Part shown: piece by piece, positions 37,331 through 49,171 of the stretch
How positions within the stretch are numbered: position 1 is the first letter of the stretch
Layout of the letters: each line of letters starts with the position of its first letter
Assembly (NCBI RefSeq): GCF_036971445.1
Contig: NC_091479.1
Coordinates: 7,688,001 to 7,752,000, forward strand
Reading direction: 5' to 3'
Source of the DNA: Narcine bancroftii
Lineage: Eukaryota
Length of the DNA: 64,000 nt
Position numbers and translations under genes: made by a program
The notes under the pieces: model-generated
What the model was told of the DNA's origin: nothing
The model's database searches: none
What the model saw: the letters and a program-made list of their open reading frames with translations, nothing else

Positions 37331-39309
37331 GTGAGTATGGATGAAAGCGAGCAGCAGGAACCTTTTGAATTTAGGAACAGTATTGTGTTAACAAATCTGT
37401 TATTGAACCAAATGCAAGAAACTTGTCAATTCACACCTCCCTGAAGATATCAGAGATTTTCATCACCATCCTCTCAAATTTTGAATGGGGCAGAGCAAAT
37501 TGGATTTTTGACCTCCATTGAGGCCACATTCAGTTCCATAAGTATTGTCGAGTAACTCTTGTTGGAATGGATGAAGAACGTACAGCTAATATTATTGAAT
37601 TGCCCAACACGTGGGCAACTCACAAATTGTGATAAGTTTTGGAAAATTAATGATAACAGCAGAGAAAGTTTCTAACTGTTGTAACTTTGGCAAATGGAAA
37701 ACAAAAACTAACCATTCCAATTCAACAGCTGATTTAGTGCCACTTCACCCATCAAGTGGAGTTGTCAGTGTCAGGTCTACTGCCCTGATATTTTAAATTT
37801 AACATACAGCACGGTAATTTAACATCCAGCCCATGAGCCTGTGCTGTCCGATTACGCCAATTAGCCTACAACCCTCATAGGTTTTGAAGAGTGGGAGGAA
37901 ATTGATGGAAATCATACATCTGTAGGGGGATTGTACAAACTCCTTTACAGCGGCTGGATTTGATCCCAGATTGCTGGTACTATAATAATAATAATAATGT
38001 AGCGCTAACCAAGCTACATAATCACTATTCTCATTGTGTTCCCAACAAGCAGAATGAATGTTTGTACCTGCCCAACTCTTGAAAGTACCTGTCCAAGTGT
38101 TTCACTGTCCCAAGTGATTCAGTGTTAGCTATTGCTGGTTGTAGATGATTATTTCAGTAGCTGAAAGCTGTATCGTGAGACGTGAAGAGGAGAGAGAGAG
38201 AGAGAGCAATGAGACGAGGCTAAGGTTCTCCCCTGGGGTTACACAAGACACAAACTAGTCTGATTGTAGGGGATGCGATTGTGGCTGGGAGATGGGATTT
38301 AAGGGGCTTGTTAAGGAAAAATAGAAGGGTGGTCTAGTGAGGGAATTCTGTTGAGGTCTGCAGGAAGCACAGTAACCAAAATGGGAAGGCACAAGTCACA
38401 GCATCTAAACCTTTTCCTGATTGAGATACAAAGTACCACAATGCCATTCTCTCTGGGCACGGTTTGGTCCACGTGGGCCCTGTAATTCATGTCACTACAG
38501 GAACTTTGTGGAAAAATAGGTCACAAAATGGAGCAAAACTACAATGGCAAGAAGACAGATCTACATTTACATCTCATCATTCATGCCCTTGACATTCCAA
38601 AGCGCTCTGCTTTCTCAATCATTTGTTTTCATGGCAATTGGGCAACAATGGTAAGATCAAATTTATTGTCCATCTCCCCCGCCCCCCCCCCCCCCACCCA
38701 GTGCTGGAGAAGGTGGTGGTGAGCTGCTTCGAGCTACTATGGATGTGGAAGCTGGGTTGAGTGAGAAGTTCAAGTCAAGTTCAAGTTTATTGTCACATGT
38801 ACTTGTGCGGTGAGGAAGTTTGTTTTTCAGGCAGTCCAGCGAGAGATCCCGTACATAGTATAGCAGGTAAAACACACAGTGCAGAGTGCAGTTTCAGAGA
38901 GAGATTATTGAGAACTGTGCAAAGCAGTATAATTTTGCTAGTATGTGGTTCATTCACAAGTCATAACCGTAGGAAAAACTGTCCTCAAATCTGGTGGTAT
39001 GTGCTCTCACACTCATGAATCTCTTAATGGGAGGATGGAGATGGTGGGATGGGTCGTTTAATATTTCTTTTATCAGGAAGAGATTAGAATTAAAGATTTG
39101 GGAGGTGGATAAGATTTGAAAACAAAGAAAAAGGATTTAAAATGAAGTTGTTGTCAACCTAGAAGGGAGTATCAGTGAGACACAACAGATGTGTGTGAGT
39201 TTTATCCCAGCAAGGAAAAGCTCTGTCAGAAGAGGTGATAACAAATTGGGAAAGGGAAAAGAGGTGGTAGATCAGGTTGTGAATGAGCTTGATCTGTTGT
39301 TCCACACAG

Positions 39310-39400
39310 AAACGGCAGGGAATGAACATTCAACAAATGAAGGATTTTGTGTCTCAAGAACTAAAGAGCTTGAAGCAAGAGCATCGATTGTTGAGTCTTC
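39310..39400 (+). CDS. VPS33B: VPS33B exon 13
   Basis: [30 protein letters not shown]; C|gtaagt. Confidence 0.95.
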
Positions 39401-39889
39401 GTAAGTACCCAAGTGGGCCTTTGTGTGCGTGCATGCGTAAAAGCCACAGATGTTTTGATAAATGAAGCATGCTGTATTTGCTAATGAATAACCTATCAAA
39501 ATTTACCTGTTCATCTCTTCTTTATTCCTCCTTGAATTTTAAAAGTACAGCCCAAGAATCCTGAAAATATGAACCGACCCAATCTCTGAGCAGTCCAGAA
39601 TTTAGGGCTTCTAATGTATAAAGATTGCAGGTTCAGTCCTGTGTAAACAGAACATAAAATTAGGCCCGGCTTTTAATGCTGTCTAAGGTGCTTTAATGTT
39701 TTAGAGGTCTCAAAGCACAAGTTTAAAAAATGAGCAAGGTGTTCCAGTGGTCAAAACCATCAAAACAGTCTTGGTTGGTCATCTATACCACTTATAATAG
39801 CAGGACCTGCTTGTTCAAAAATGGTGACAGGTTTGCCTTTGTTCCAGAAGTCATTTGAAGTGATTCGGGCTGGTTAAAGTGATTTACTC

Positions 39890-40340
39890 CATTTAACTAG
39901 TGACCTATCCTGGACACATAATCTCTCCTCACTTCTCAGGAAGGTGCAACAGTGATGGCACTACCAAAGACTGAAGCAGGCAAGGCTACCAGCCACGATC
40001 CTGATGACTTTCTGCAGGTGCACTATTGAGAGCGTCCTGGCCGGCTGCATCCCTGTGTGGTACGGTTGCTACAGAGAAATGGATGGGAGGTCAATCCACA
40101 GGACTATAAGAGTGGCAGAGAGGATCACAGGAGTCTCCCTACCACCCCACCCCTATCGACGTGATCTACTGGAATCGTTGTCTGAATAGTGCTAACAAAA
40201 TCATTGAGGACCCCTTCCACCCCGCACACAGCTGCTCCCATCAGGAAAGTCATACAGGAGTACAAGAGCCAGAACTTCCAGGCTGAGGATCAGCTTCATC
40301 CCACAGGCAGTGAGAATGCTGAATGACTAATGAACTGCTC
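39890..40340 (+). mobile_element. Rex1-like LINE 3' fragment
   Basis: TFCRCTIESVLAGCIPVWYG motif; same family as 16060-17090. Confidence 0.65.
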
Positions 40341-41833
40341 ATTCAATCCCTCTAAGAATCTACTATTATTGAACAAAATTCCTTGAATTTTATGTATCTT
40401 CTGCATATAAATCGCATTTAGATATGTGTGCTATATCTCTAGCTCTAGGACTCAGTAGTAGAGAGGGTCAAGAATTTCAAATACCTGGGTTTCAATATCT
40501 TCGGGGATCTTTCCTGTAGCCTCTATGTTGATGTAATCATGAAGAAGGCTCGCTAGGTGTTATACTTTGTGAGGTGTTTGAGGAGATTCGGTAGGTCACA
40601 AAAGATGCTCAAAAAACTTCTACAGGTGGACCGTGGAGAGCATGCTGGCTGGTTGCATCACTGCCTGGTACGGTGGTGCCCATGCTCAGGACAAGGGAAA
40701 AACTCCAGAAGGTTTTCAACTCAGCCTGTGACATCACAGGCACCAGACTTCACTCCATCAAGGACAAGAGGCGGTGTTTTAAAAAAGCAGCCTCTATCCT
40801 CAAGGACCCCCACCACACAGGCCATCACTCAGGAAAAAGGTACAGGAGCCTAAAGACGAGCATTCAGCGGCACAAAGACCGCGTCTTCCCCTCTGCCATC
40901 AGATTCCTGGAATGATCATTGAACCACTGCTTTACTTTGACTTTTCGTGCATTATTTATTTTATAAGGTGCTTTATATAAATGTTTGCCCTGTGATGCTG
41001 TCACAAAACAACAAATTTTGTGACTTGTTCATGACAGTAAATTCTGATTCTGATATGTGTTTGCATGTTTTTACACCAAGGACCGAAGAACGCTGTTTCG
41101 TCCAGTTGTACAATTGTATGATAATAATAAATTTGAGCTTGAACTTTGGGGCTGGGCGCGAGGTCCCGAGACCGGGCTCGATGAATTGAGGCTGGGTGGG
41201 GTGACTGTGGCCAAGACCGGTGATTTGGTACGCCTAGAGAAATAGAAATGCAAGCTATTTCTTGAACTGCCATTTCCAATTGTGTGCTGAGCTGTAAGCT
41301 AGGAAATGTGACAGTATTTAATCGAGTGAGAAACCGGACAGATAGAGTAACATCATTTCAGAGACATTACTTTCCAATAAATTGTGTAAAATGCAAGACA
41401 TTCAACAAACAAGTGTGGGGATGGAGGACTCGACTGTAGGTAGATTCCTCCAAATACAGATTTTAAAGTAAACTGCAGTAGAATGTGGAATAAAATATCT
41501 TAGTAATGTGGAATGCAGTGTATCGAGGTGGAGGTGATGATTCTACACATACAATTCTTTGATTCAAGGTTCATTGGGAATAACAAGAGAGTTAGATAAG
41601 ACTCTTGTGGGTAACGGTTATGGGGATAAGGCTGGAAAGGGGTACTGATGGTAATGATCAGCCATGATCTAAAATGGCGGTGCTGGCCCGATGGGCCAAA
41701 TGGCCTACTCCAGCTCCTATTGTCTATTGTCTATTCTGGCTATTAAATAATCCCCAACACTTCCAGCCCCCCCCAAAAAGTAACAGTTGATGTTGTGGAT
41801 CCGCTGATTAACACTTGTATTCCATTTCCTCAG

Positions 41834-41908
41834 ACATTGGAGCGTGCGAGTCAATTATGAAGAAGAAAACGAAGCAGGACTTTCAGGAGCTGCTGAAGTC
41901 TGAGCATG
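41834..41908 (+). CDS. VPS33B: VPS33B exon 14
   Basis: [24 protein letters not shown]. Confidence 0.95.
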
Positions 41909-42169
41909 GTACGTTTCAAACGGGGGTGGGTGGGGGGGGGGGCAGCCTGTGTTCATTGCAGGTCAGACTTCCAGTGTGCGTGAAGGAATATGGGTGAAGT
42001 CCCAAGTCGACTGGCAGATGAAGAGTAGGTGAGGAAACAGCCATTATAACTGGGATTTGAAAAGCCTGAAGGCTGGAACTGGACTGGACAGTTTTCACAC
42101 TGGAGTTTCTCGGGAAGAATAGCTTGGACGAAGTGGTACCAAGTCTGCACAATTCCATCACATCCTGTT

Positions 42170-42602
42170 TTTTTTTAAATTTTTTTTTTCACACTGTGAA
42201 CCATATCAATCAAACATTTCACCTCTTAAATATACACAGTGGCATTTTCTCCCCTTTTTCTCCCCCCCCCCACCTTCTCTCCCCCCTTCCCACCACCCTC
42301 CAAACCCATTTCACGGTCAACATATACAATACAATAAAACCATTAAACAAGGTCATCACACAATGAAAATAAACAAGAAAATTGTGTCATCTAGTTTTAC
42401 ACACTGGGTCAGTTCATTTCGTCTTCTTCTCATTCTATCATTTTAGGGGGCGGAGGTCCGCGATAGGCCCTCTCTGTTGTGTTCCATGGACGGTTCCCAA
42501 ATTTGTTCGAATACTGTGACCTTATTTTTTAAATAATATTTTTTTTTCCCAATGGAATACATTTATCCATTTCGTACTCTCGGGCTCTCTTCTGAAGAGT
42601 GT
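42170..42602 (-). mobile_element. Older 5'-truncated L1 3' end
   Basis: polyT, C-rich 3'UTR and ORF2 tail similar to the full L1; 9-bp TSD CATCCTGTT at 42161 and 42603. Confidence 0.75.
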
Positions 42603-42999
42603 CATCCTGTTGAAGTATTTCATGAAAATCTATTTGCAAAGGGAAAAGATTTTGCTAAGTATTTGCAAGAATTGTCAGAATATACAGATTGGTAAAATTC
42701 CACTGATGATGTTAAATTTTCTCTTCAAACCCCACCCCCCACCACCGAGTGCCATATTTTGTTGTCAAGAGTGCCTTTTTTCCCAAAGGGATTTGCAGGA
42801 AAGCTCAGATCCAAAAATTAGATACCAAAAAACAGTTTGGGAGCTAACCAGATGATTGTGCGAACCTTTGGTCATGTGTTGTTTTCCTGGAAATTATTAT
42901 TTGAACACATGTTCCTAAGGATCATTTGAGTGTTATTGACTAGTTTATTAGAGTAGTTTCAGTTTACGTTCTGTTCACTGACTGACTTCTCCTCCTTAG

Positions 43000-43064
43000 C
43001 ACTGTTGGAAGGGTTCGAGATCAGAGAGAGCATCAGCTGTATTGAGGAGCACATTAACAGGCAG
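43000..43064 (+). CDS. VPS33B: VPS33B exon 15
   Basis: LLEGFEIRESISCIEEHINRQ; CAG|gtacgt. Confidence 0.95.
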
Positions 43065-43928
43065 GTACGTGTACCAGTGCATGTGGTTTGAGATTACTCT
43101 GTCACCAGTTGAGACAAATGGGGTGAACTACTGGGCTTAGTCTGTTTTACAGCTCAGGAGGTACTAAGTTAGGCAGGTTGCAGGTTTACCTTAAGAGGTG
43201 TCCTCTTTCACAGTCACTTGGAAGGACAGAGCAAATACTTCTGATAAAAAATGAATTGTGCTTGGGTGGTAGGGTTATAGACAGAGTAAATGGAGATAGG
43301 CTTTTTCCATTGAGGACATGCGTTAAGGGTGAACGTGGAAAAATTTAGGGGAACTTCTTCAGTGGGGGTGTGGAACGAGTCGCCAAATGAAGTGGTGAAT
43401 GTGGGCTCAATTTTCACATTCAAGAAGAATGTGGATGGGAGGGGTATGGAGGGCTGTGGACTGGGTGCAGGTCAGTGGGACTGAGAAGAATAATAGTTCA
43501 GCACAGATGAGAAGGGCTGAAGGGCCTGTTTCTGTGCTGTAATGTTTTATTGGTTATGTATGGGACGAATGTGATGCATATGTACAATTGTAAGTAATCA
43601 TTTTGTGAAGAAATTTGCAAAGATATCAGAACAGGCACTAGTTTTTTGTTTTTTTTTTTTAATTTAAATTTTTTATTTTTCACACCATAAATCACAATAG
43701 CCATGATATACACTTTTTCTTTTCCACACATTTACAGTGAATTTTTCTCCCCCCCCCCCCTCCCTCCTCCCAAGCCACCCCCCCACCCCCCCCTCTCATC
43801 CATCTCTCAGCCATTTTAGGTATACAATCTAGGTTGCATTAATTCAGTCAGACAATGTTGTCATTCAACAAAAATACACCAGAAATTCTACTGAGTCCAT
43901 TCTTTTCTTTTCTTCTCCTTCCATCAAC

Positions 43929-46900
43929 TTAGGTAATGTTTGTTCCCGGTAGGTTTTCGCTATTGTATTTAATGTAAGGCTCCCATACTTGTTCGAATAT
44001 TTCAATATTATTTCTTAAACTATATGTTATTTTTTCTAATGGAATACATTTATTCATTTCTATATACCATTGTTGTATTTTCAAATTATCTTCCAATTTC
44101 CAGGTTGACATAATACATTTTTTTGCTACGGCTAGGGCTATCTTGACAAATCTTTTTTGTGCATCTTCCAAGTCAATTCCAAATTCTTTATATTTTATGT
44201 TACTTAGGAGAAAGATCTCTGGATTCTTTGGTATATTGTTTTCTGTTATTTTATTTAATATCTGATTGAGATCATCCCAAAATTTTTCTACTCTCTCACA
44301 TGTCCAGATTGCATGAATTGTTGTTCCCCTTTCTTTTTTACATCGAAAACATCTATCAGATACTGTTGGGTCCCATTTATTTAACTTTTGCGGTGTAATG
44401 TATAGTCTGTGTAACCAATTATATTGTATCATACGCAGCCTCGTATTTATTGTATTTCTCATCGTTCCAGAACATAATTTCTCCCATGTTTCCTTCTTTA
44501 TCTTTATATTTAAATCTTGTTCCCATTTTTGTTTAGTTTTACCATTTGTTTCCTCATTCTCCTTTTCTTGCAGTTTGATATACATATTTGTTATAAATCT
44601 TTTGATTAACATTGTATCTGTAATCACATATTCAAGGTTACTTCCCTCTGGTAAACTCAAATTGCTTCCTAATTTATCTTTCAAGTAGGATCTCAGTTGG
44701 TAATATGCCAGTGCTGTATCTCCAGTTATATTGTACTTATCTCTCATTTGTTCAAAGGATAAGAATCTACTTCCTGAAAAACAATTTTCTATTCTTTTAA
44801 TCCCTTTTTTTTCCCATTTTCTAAAGGAAAGGTTGTCTATTGTAAAAGGGAGTAGCTTATTTTGCGTCAATATTAGTTTTGGTATTTGATAATTTATTTT
44901 ATTTCTTTCTACATGAATCTTCTTCCATATATTGAGGAGATGGTGTAATACTGGAGAAGTTCTATGTTGTACCAATTTTTCGTCCCATTTATATAATATG
45001 TGTTCAGGTATCTTTTCCCCTATTTTATCTAATTCTAGTCTCGTCCAGTCTGGTTTTTCCCTTGTTTGATAAAAATCTGATAGGTACCTTAATTGTGCGG
45101 CTCTATAATAATTTTTGAAGTTTGGCAATTGTAAGCCTCCTTGTTTATACCATTCTGTTAATTTATCTAGTGCTATCCTCGGTTTCCCCCCTCTCCATAA
45201 AAATCTCCTTATTATTTTCTTTAACTCTTTGAAGAATTTTTCTGTCAGTTGTATTGGCAATGCCTGAAATAAGTATAGTATCCTTGGAAAAATGTTCATT
45301 TTAATACAGTTTATCCTTCCTATCAGTGTTAGTGGTAGCTCTTTCCAATGCTCTAAATCGTCCTGTAATTTTTTCATTAGTGGATTGTAATTGAGTTTAT
45401 ATAATTGGCCTAGATTTTTGTTTATTTGCACACCTAGGTATCTTATTGCCTGCGTTTGCCATCTGAATGGGGATTCCTCCTTAAATTTTGAGAAATCCGC
45501 GTTATTCATAGGCATTGCTTCACTTTTATTTACGTTTATCTTGTATCCCGACACTTCTCCATATTCCTTCAATTTCTTATATAGTTCTTTTATTGATAGT
45601 TCTGGTTCTGTTAAGTACACTATCACATCATCTGCAAATAGACTGATTTTATATTCCCTGTCTTTTATTTTTATTCCTTTTATATTATTATCTATTCTTA
45701 TCGATTCTGCTAGTGGTTCTATAGCTAGCGCAAACAATAATGGTGATAGTGGGCATCCCTGCCGCGTTGACCTGCTTAAGTTAAATTGCTTTGATACATG
45801 TCCATTTACTGTCACTTTTGCTAACGGTCCCTCATATAATGCTTTAATCCAATTAATATACTTCTCCGGTAAACTGAATTTTTGCAATACTTTGAACAAG
45901 TAATTCCATTCTACTCTGTCGAAGGCCTTCTCTGCGTCTAAAGCAACTGCTACTGCCGGTGTTTTATTTCCTTCTACTGCATGAATTAAGTTAATAAATT
46001 TACAAATATTGTCTGTTGTGCGTCTTTTTTTGATAAATCCAGTTTGGTCTAAATTTACCATTTTCGGTACCTGTTCTGCTAATCTGTTTGCTAATAGTTT
46101 AGCTATTATCTTATAATCTGTGTTTAGCAGAGATATTGGTCTATATGACGCTGGTGAGAGTGGATCTTTCCCTTGTTTTAGTATCACTGTAATTATTGCT
46201 GTTTTACATGAATCTGGTAAGTTTTGTGTCTCATCGATCTGGTTGATTACATCCAGGAGGGGCGGTATTATTAGATCTTTAAATGTTTTGTAGAATTCTA
46301 TTGGGAGTCCATCCTCTCCTGGTGTCTTATTATTTGGTAAATTTTTTATTATCTCTTGTATTTCTACTGTTCCAAATGGTTCTGTTAATTTATTTTGTTC
46401 CTCTATTTGTAGTTTTGGTAGTTCAATTTTAGTCAAAAATTCATCTATTTTCCCTTCTTTCCCTTCGTTTTCGGTTCGGTATAATTGTTCATAGAATTCT
46501 CTGAAGTTTTCCTTAATTTCTTTTGGATTATATGTAATTTGTTTGTCTTTTTTCCTTGTTGCCAATACCATTTTCTTAGTTTGCTCTGTCTTAAGCTGCC
46601 ATGCTAAGATTTTGTGTGTTTTTTCACCTAGTTCATAATATTTCTGTTTTGTCTTCATTATATTCTTCTCCACCTTATATGTTTGTAATGTTTCATATTT
46701 TATTTTTTTATCCGCCAATTCTCTTCTTTTGGTTGTATCTTCCTTTTTTGCTAATTTTTTTTCTATGTTTATTATTTCCCTTTCCAACTGCTCTGTTTCC
46801 TGATTATAGTCCTTCTTCATCTTGGTTGCATAACTTATTATTTGTCCTCTAATGAATGCTTTCATTGCGTCCCATAGTATAAACTTATCTTCCACTGATT

Positions 46901-47726
46901 CCGTATTTACTTCAAAGTACATTTTTAATTGTTTTTCAATAAATTCTCTAAAATCCTGTCTTTTAAGTAGCATGGGGTTTAATCTCCATCTATACATTCT
47001 TGGAGGGATGTCCTCTAGCTCTATTGCCAATAACAGGGGTGAGTGGTCCGATAATAGTCTAGCTTTATATTCCGTTTTCCTAACTCTCCCTTGAATGTGG
47101 GCTGATAACAGGAATAGGTCTATCCTTGAGTATGTTTTATGTCTAGTCGAGTAGTATGAGTATTCCTTTTCTTTTGGGTTTTGTTTCCTCCATATGTCCA
47201 CAAGTTTCATTTCTTGCATTGATTTAATTATAAATTTGGTTACTTTGTTCTTCCTGTTAATTTTTTTCCCCGTTTTATCCATATTTGGATCCAAATTCAG
47301 ATTGAAATCCCCTCCTATTAGTATGTTCCCTTGTGTATTAGCTACCTTCAAAAAGATATCTTGCATAAACTTTTGATCTTCTTCGTTAGGTGAATATATA
47401 TTAAGTAGATTCCAAAGCTCCGAATATATCTGGCATTTTATCATAACATATCTCCCTGCTGGATCTATTATTTCCTCTTCTATTTTAAATGGCACATTTT
47501 TGCTAATTAATATAGCCACTCCTCTTGCTTTTGAATTATACGATGCTGCTGTTACATGTCCTACCCAATCTCTCTTTAATTTCTTGTGCTCCAATTCAGT
47601 TAAGTGTGTTTCTTGGACAAATGCTATATCTATTTTTTCCTTTTTCAGTAAATTTAGTAGTTTCTTCCTTTTAATTTGGTTATGTATTCCATTAATATTT
47701 AGAGTCATATACTTCAGCGTAGCCAT
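43929..47726 (-). CDS. L1 ORF2 (APE endonuclease, reverse transcriptase, CCHC), 1265 aa
   Basis: TLNING, VQETH, GGDFN, SRID, SDH (endonuclease); QGCPLSP, FADD (RT); CFRC...HAIWTC. Confidence 0.97.
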   Translation of the reverse strand: MATLKYMTLNINGIHNQIKRKKLLNLLKKEKIDIAFVQETHLTELEHKKLKRDWVGHVTAASYNSKARGVAILISKNVPFKIEEEIIDPAGRYVMIKCQIYSELWNLLNIYSPNEEDQKFMQDIFLKVANTQGNILIGGDFNLNLDPNMDKTGKKINRKNKVTKFIIKSMQEMKLVDIWRKQNPKEKEYSYYSTRHKTYSRIDLFLLSAHIQGRVRKTEYKARLLSDHSPLLLAIELEDIPPRMYRWRLNPMLLKRQDFREFIEKQLKMYFEVNTESVEDKFILWDAMKAFIRGQIISYATKMKKDYNQETEQLEREIINIEKKLAKKEDTTKRRELADKKIKYETLQTYKVEKNIMKTKQKYYELGEKTHKILAWQLKTEQTKKMVLATRKKDKQITYNPKEIKENFREFYEQLYRTENEGKEGKIDEFLTKIELPKLQIEEQNKLTEPFGTVEIQEIIKNLPNNKTPGEDGLPIEFYKTFKDLIIPPLLDVINQIDETQNLPDSCKTAIITVILKQGKDPLSPASYRPISLLNTDYKIIAKLLANRLAEQVPKMVNLDQTGFIKKRRTTDNICKFINLIHAVEGNKTPAVAVALDAEKAFDRVEWNYLFKVLQKFSLPEKYINWIKALYEGPLAKVTVNGHVSKQFNLSRSTRQGCPLSPLLFALAIEPLAESIRIDNNIKGIKIKDREYKISLFADDVIVYLTEPELSIKELYKKLKEYGEVSGYKINVNKSEAMPMNNADFSKFKEESPFRWQTQAIRYLGVQINKNLGQLYKLNYNPLMKKLQDDLEHWKELPLTLIGRINCIKMNIFPRILYLFQALPIQLTEKFFKELKKIIRRFLWRGGKPRIALDKLTEWYKQGGLQLPNFKNYYRAAQLRYLSDFYQTREKPDWTRLELDKIGEKIPEHILYKWDEKLVQHRTSPVLHHLLNIWKKIHVERNKINYQIPKLILTQNKLLPFTIDNLSFRKWEKKGIKRIENCFSGSRFLSFEQMRDKYNITGDTALAYYQLRSYLKDKLGSNLSLPEGSNLEYVITDTMLIKRFITNMYIKLQEKENEETNGKTKQKWEQDLNIKIKKETWEKLCSGTMRNTINTRLRMIQYNWLHRLYITPQKLNKWDPTVSDRCFRCKKERGTTIHAIWTCERVEKFWDDLNQILNKITENNIPKNPEIFLLSNIKYKEFGIDLEDAQKRFVKIALAVAKKCIMSTWKLEDNLKIQQWYIEMNKCIPLEKITYSLRNNIEIFEQVWEPYIKYNSENLPGTNIT

Positions 47727-48325
47727 TTTATATTTTGTTTATCTTCTCTTTCCGTTTTTCCATCATTACCTTTCCTCCTTTTCCATTTCTGTTTTCTTAT
47801 TTTCAACTCTTTACCAGACAACATTCTTACAACATCCAACATTTTCCTTATTCTCCTATTTCTATCTTCTTTATCCCCAATCTCCCCTTCCCCTCCTGAG
47901 TTGTCCTTTATCCCTTGTCGGACAACCACATCTCCCTTCTCCATTTGGATTTGCGAATCCACTCGCAAGCGTCAACTGATTTTGCAGTGACCGCTCTTTT
48001 CCCCCACCCAGCCCCCCCCAGAAAAGATTTCACTTTTTATATGTCACAAAGGTCACTCTTTTAATTCCCTCCTTATTCTCTCTATTCCCTTACCTTCCCT
48101 TATTAATTCTTATCTATACTATCCATGTTTTCCTCTAATTACAGATACTTTCACGTATGCCCATTGTCTCTATTCACTCTTATACCTCTTTACCCGCATA
48201 CATATCAATTGTGGTCATTTTTACCCTCATTACCCGTCTTCATCCCTCAGTCTATTTTTGTCTTTACCCACATACATATCAATCGTGATCATTTTTGCTC
48301 TCATTACCCGTCTTCATCCCTCAGT

Positions 48326-49171
48326 CTATTTTTGTAATTGTTCTGCAAATTTTCGTGCTTCTTCTGGATCCGAGAACAGTCTGTTTTGTTGTCCTGGAAT
48401 AAATATTTTCAATACCGCAGGATGCTTCAGTGTAAATTTATATCCTTTCTTCCATAAAATCGCTTTTGCTGTATTGAACTCTTTTCTCTTCTTTAGGAGT
48501 TCAAAGCTTATATCTGGATAAATGAAGATTTTTTGCCCTTTATACTCCAGTGGTTTGTTGCCCTCTCTTACTTTTTCCATTGTCTTCTCCAGTACCTTTT
48601 CTCTTGTAGTATATCTTAGGAATTTTACTACAATAGATCTTGGTTTTTGTTGTGGTTGTGGTTTAGGGGCCAATGCTCTATGTGCCCTTTCTATTTCCAT
48701 TTCTTGCTGTAGTTCTGGACATCCTAGGGCCTTAGGGATCCATTCTTTTATAAACTCCCTCATATTCTTGCCTTCTTCATCTTCCTTAAGGCCCACTATC
48801 TTTATGTTATTTCTTCTGTTATAATTTTCCATTATATCTATTTTTTGGGCTAGTAATTCTTGTGTCTCTTTAGTTTTTTTATTAGATTCCTCCAATTTCT
48901 TTTTTAAGTCTTCTACCTCCATTTCTGCTGCTATTGCCCGTTCTTCCATCTTGTCCATTTTTTTCCCCATTTCTGTTAAGGTCATATCCATTTTATTTAT
49001 TTTCTTTTCTGTGTTGTTTATTCTTTTTCTTAAATCATTGAATTCCTGTGTTTGCCATTCTTTAAATGACTCCATGTATCCTCTAACAAGATCAAGTATA
49101 TCCTTTACCTTGCCTTTCCCTTTATCTATTTCACTGTATTCTTCCTCTTCTTCTTTCTCTGGGTTGGCCAT
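48326..49171 (-). CDS. L1 ORF1 (coiled coil, RRM, CTD), 281 aa from the downstream ATG
   Basis: RRNNIKIVGLKE, IERAHR, PRSIVVKFLRY, IFIYPDIS motifs of L1 ORF1p. Confidence 0.93.
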   Translation of the reverse strand: MANPEKEEEEEYSEIDKGKGKVKDILDLVRGYMESFKEWQTQEFNDLRKRINNTEKKINKMDMTLTEMGKKMDKMEERAIAAEMEVEDLKKKLEESNKKTKETQELLAQKIDIMENYNRRNNIKIVGLKEDEEGKNMREFIKEWIPKALGCPELQQEMEIERAHRALAPKPQPQQKPRSIVVKFLRYTTREKVLEKTMEKVREGNKPLEYKGQKIFIYPDISFELLKKRKEFNTAKAILWKKGYKFTLKHPAVLKIFIPGQQNRLFSDPEEARKFAEQLQK

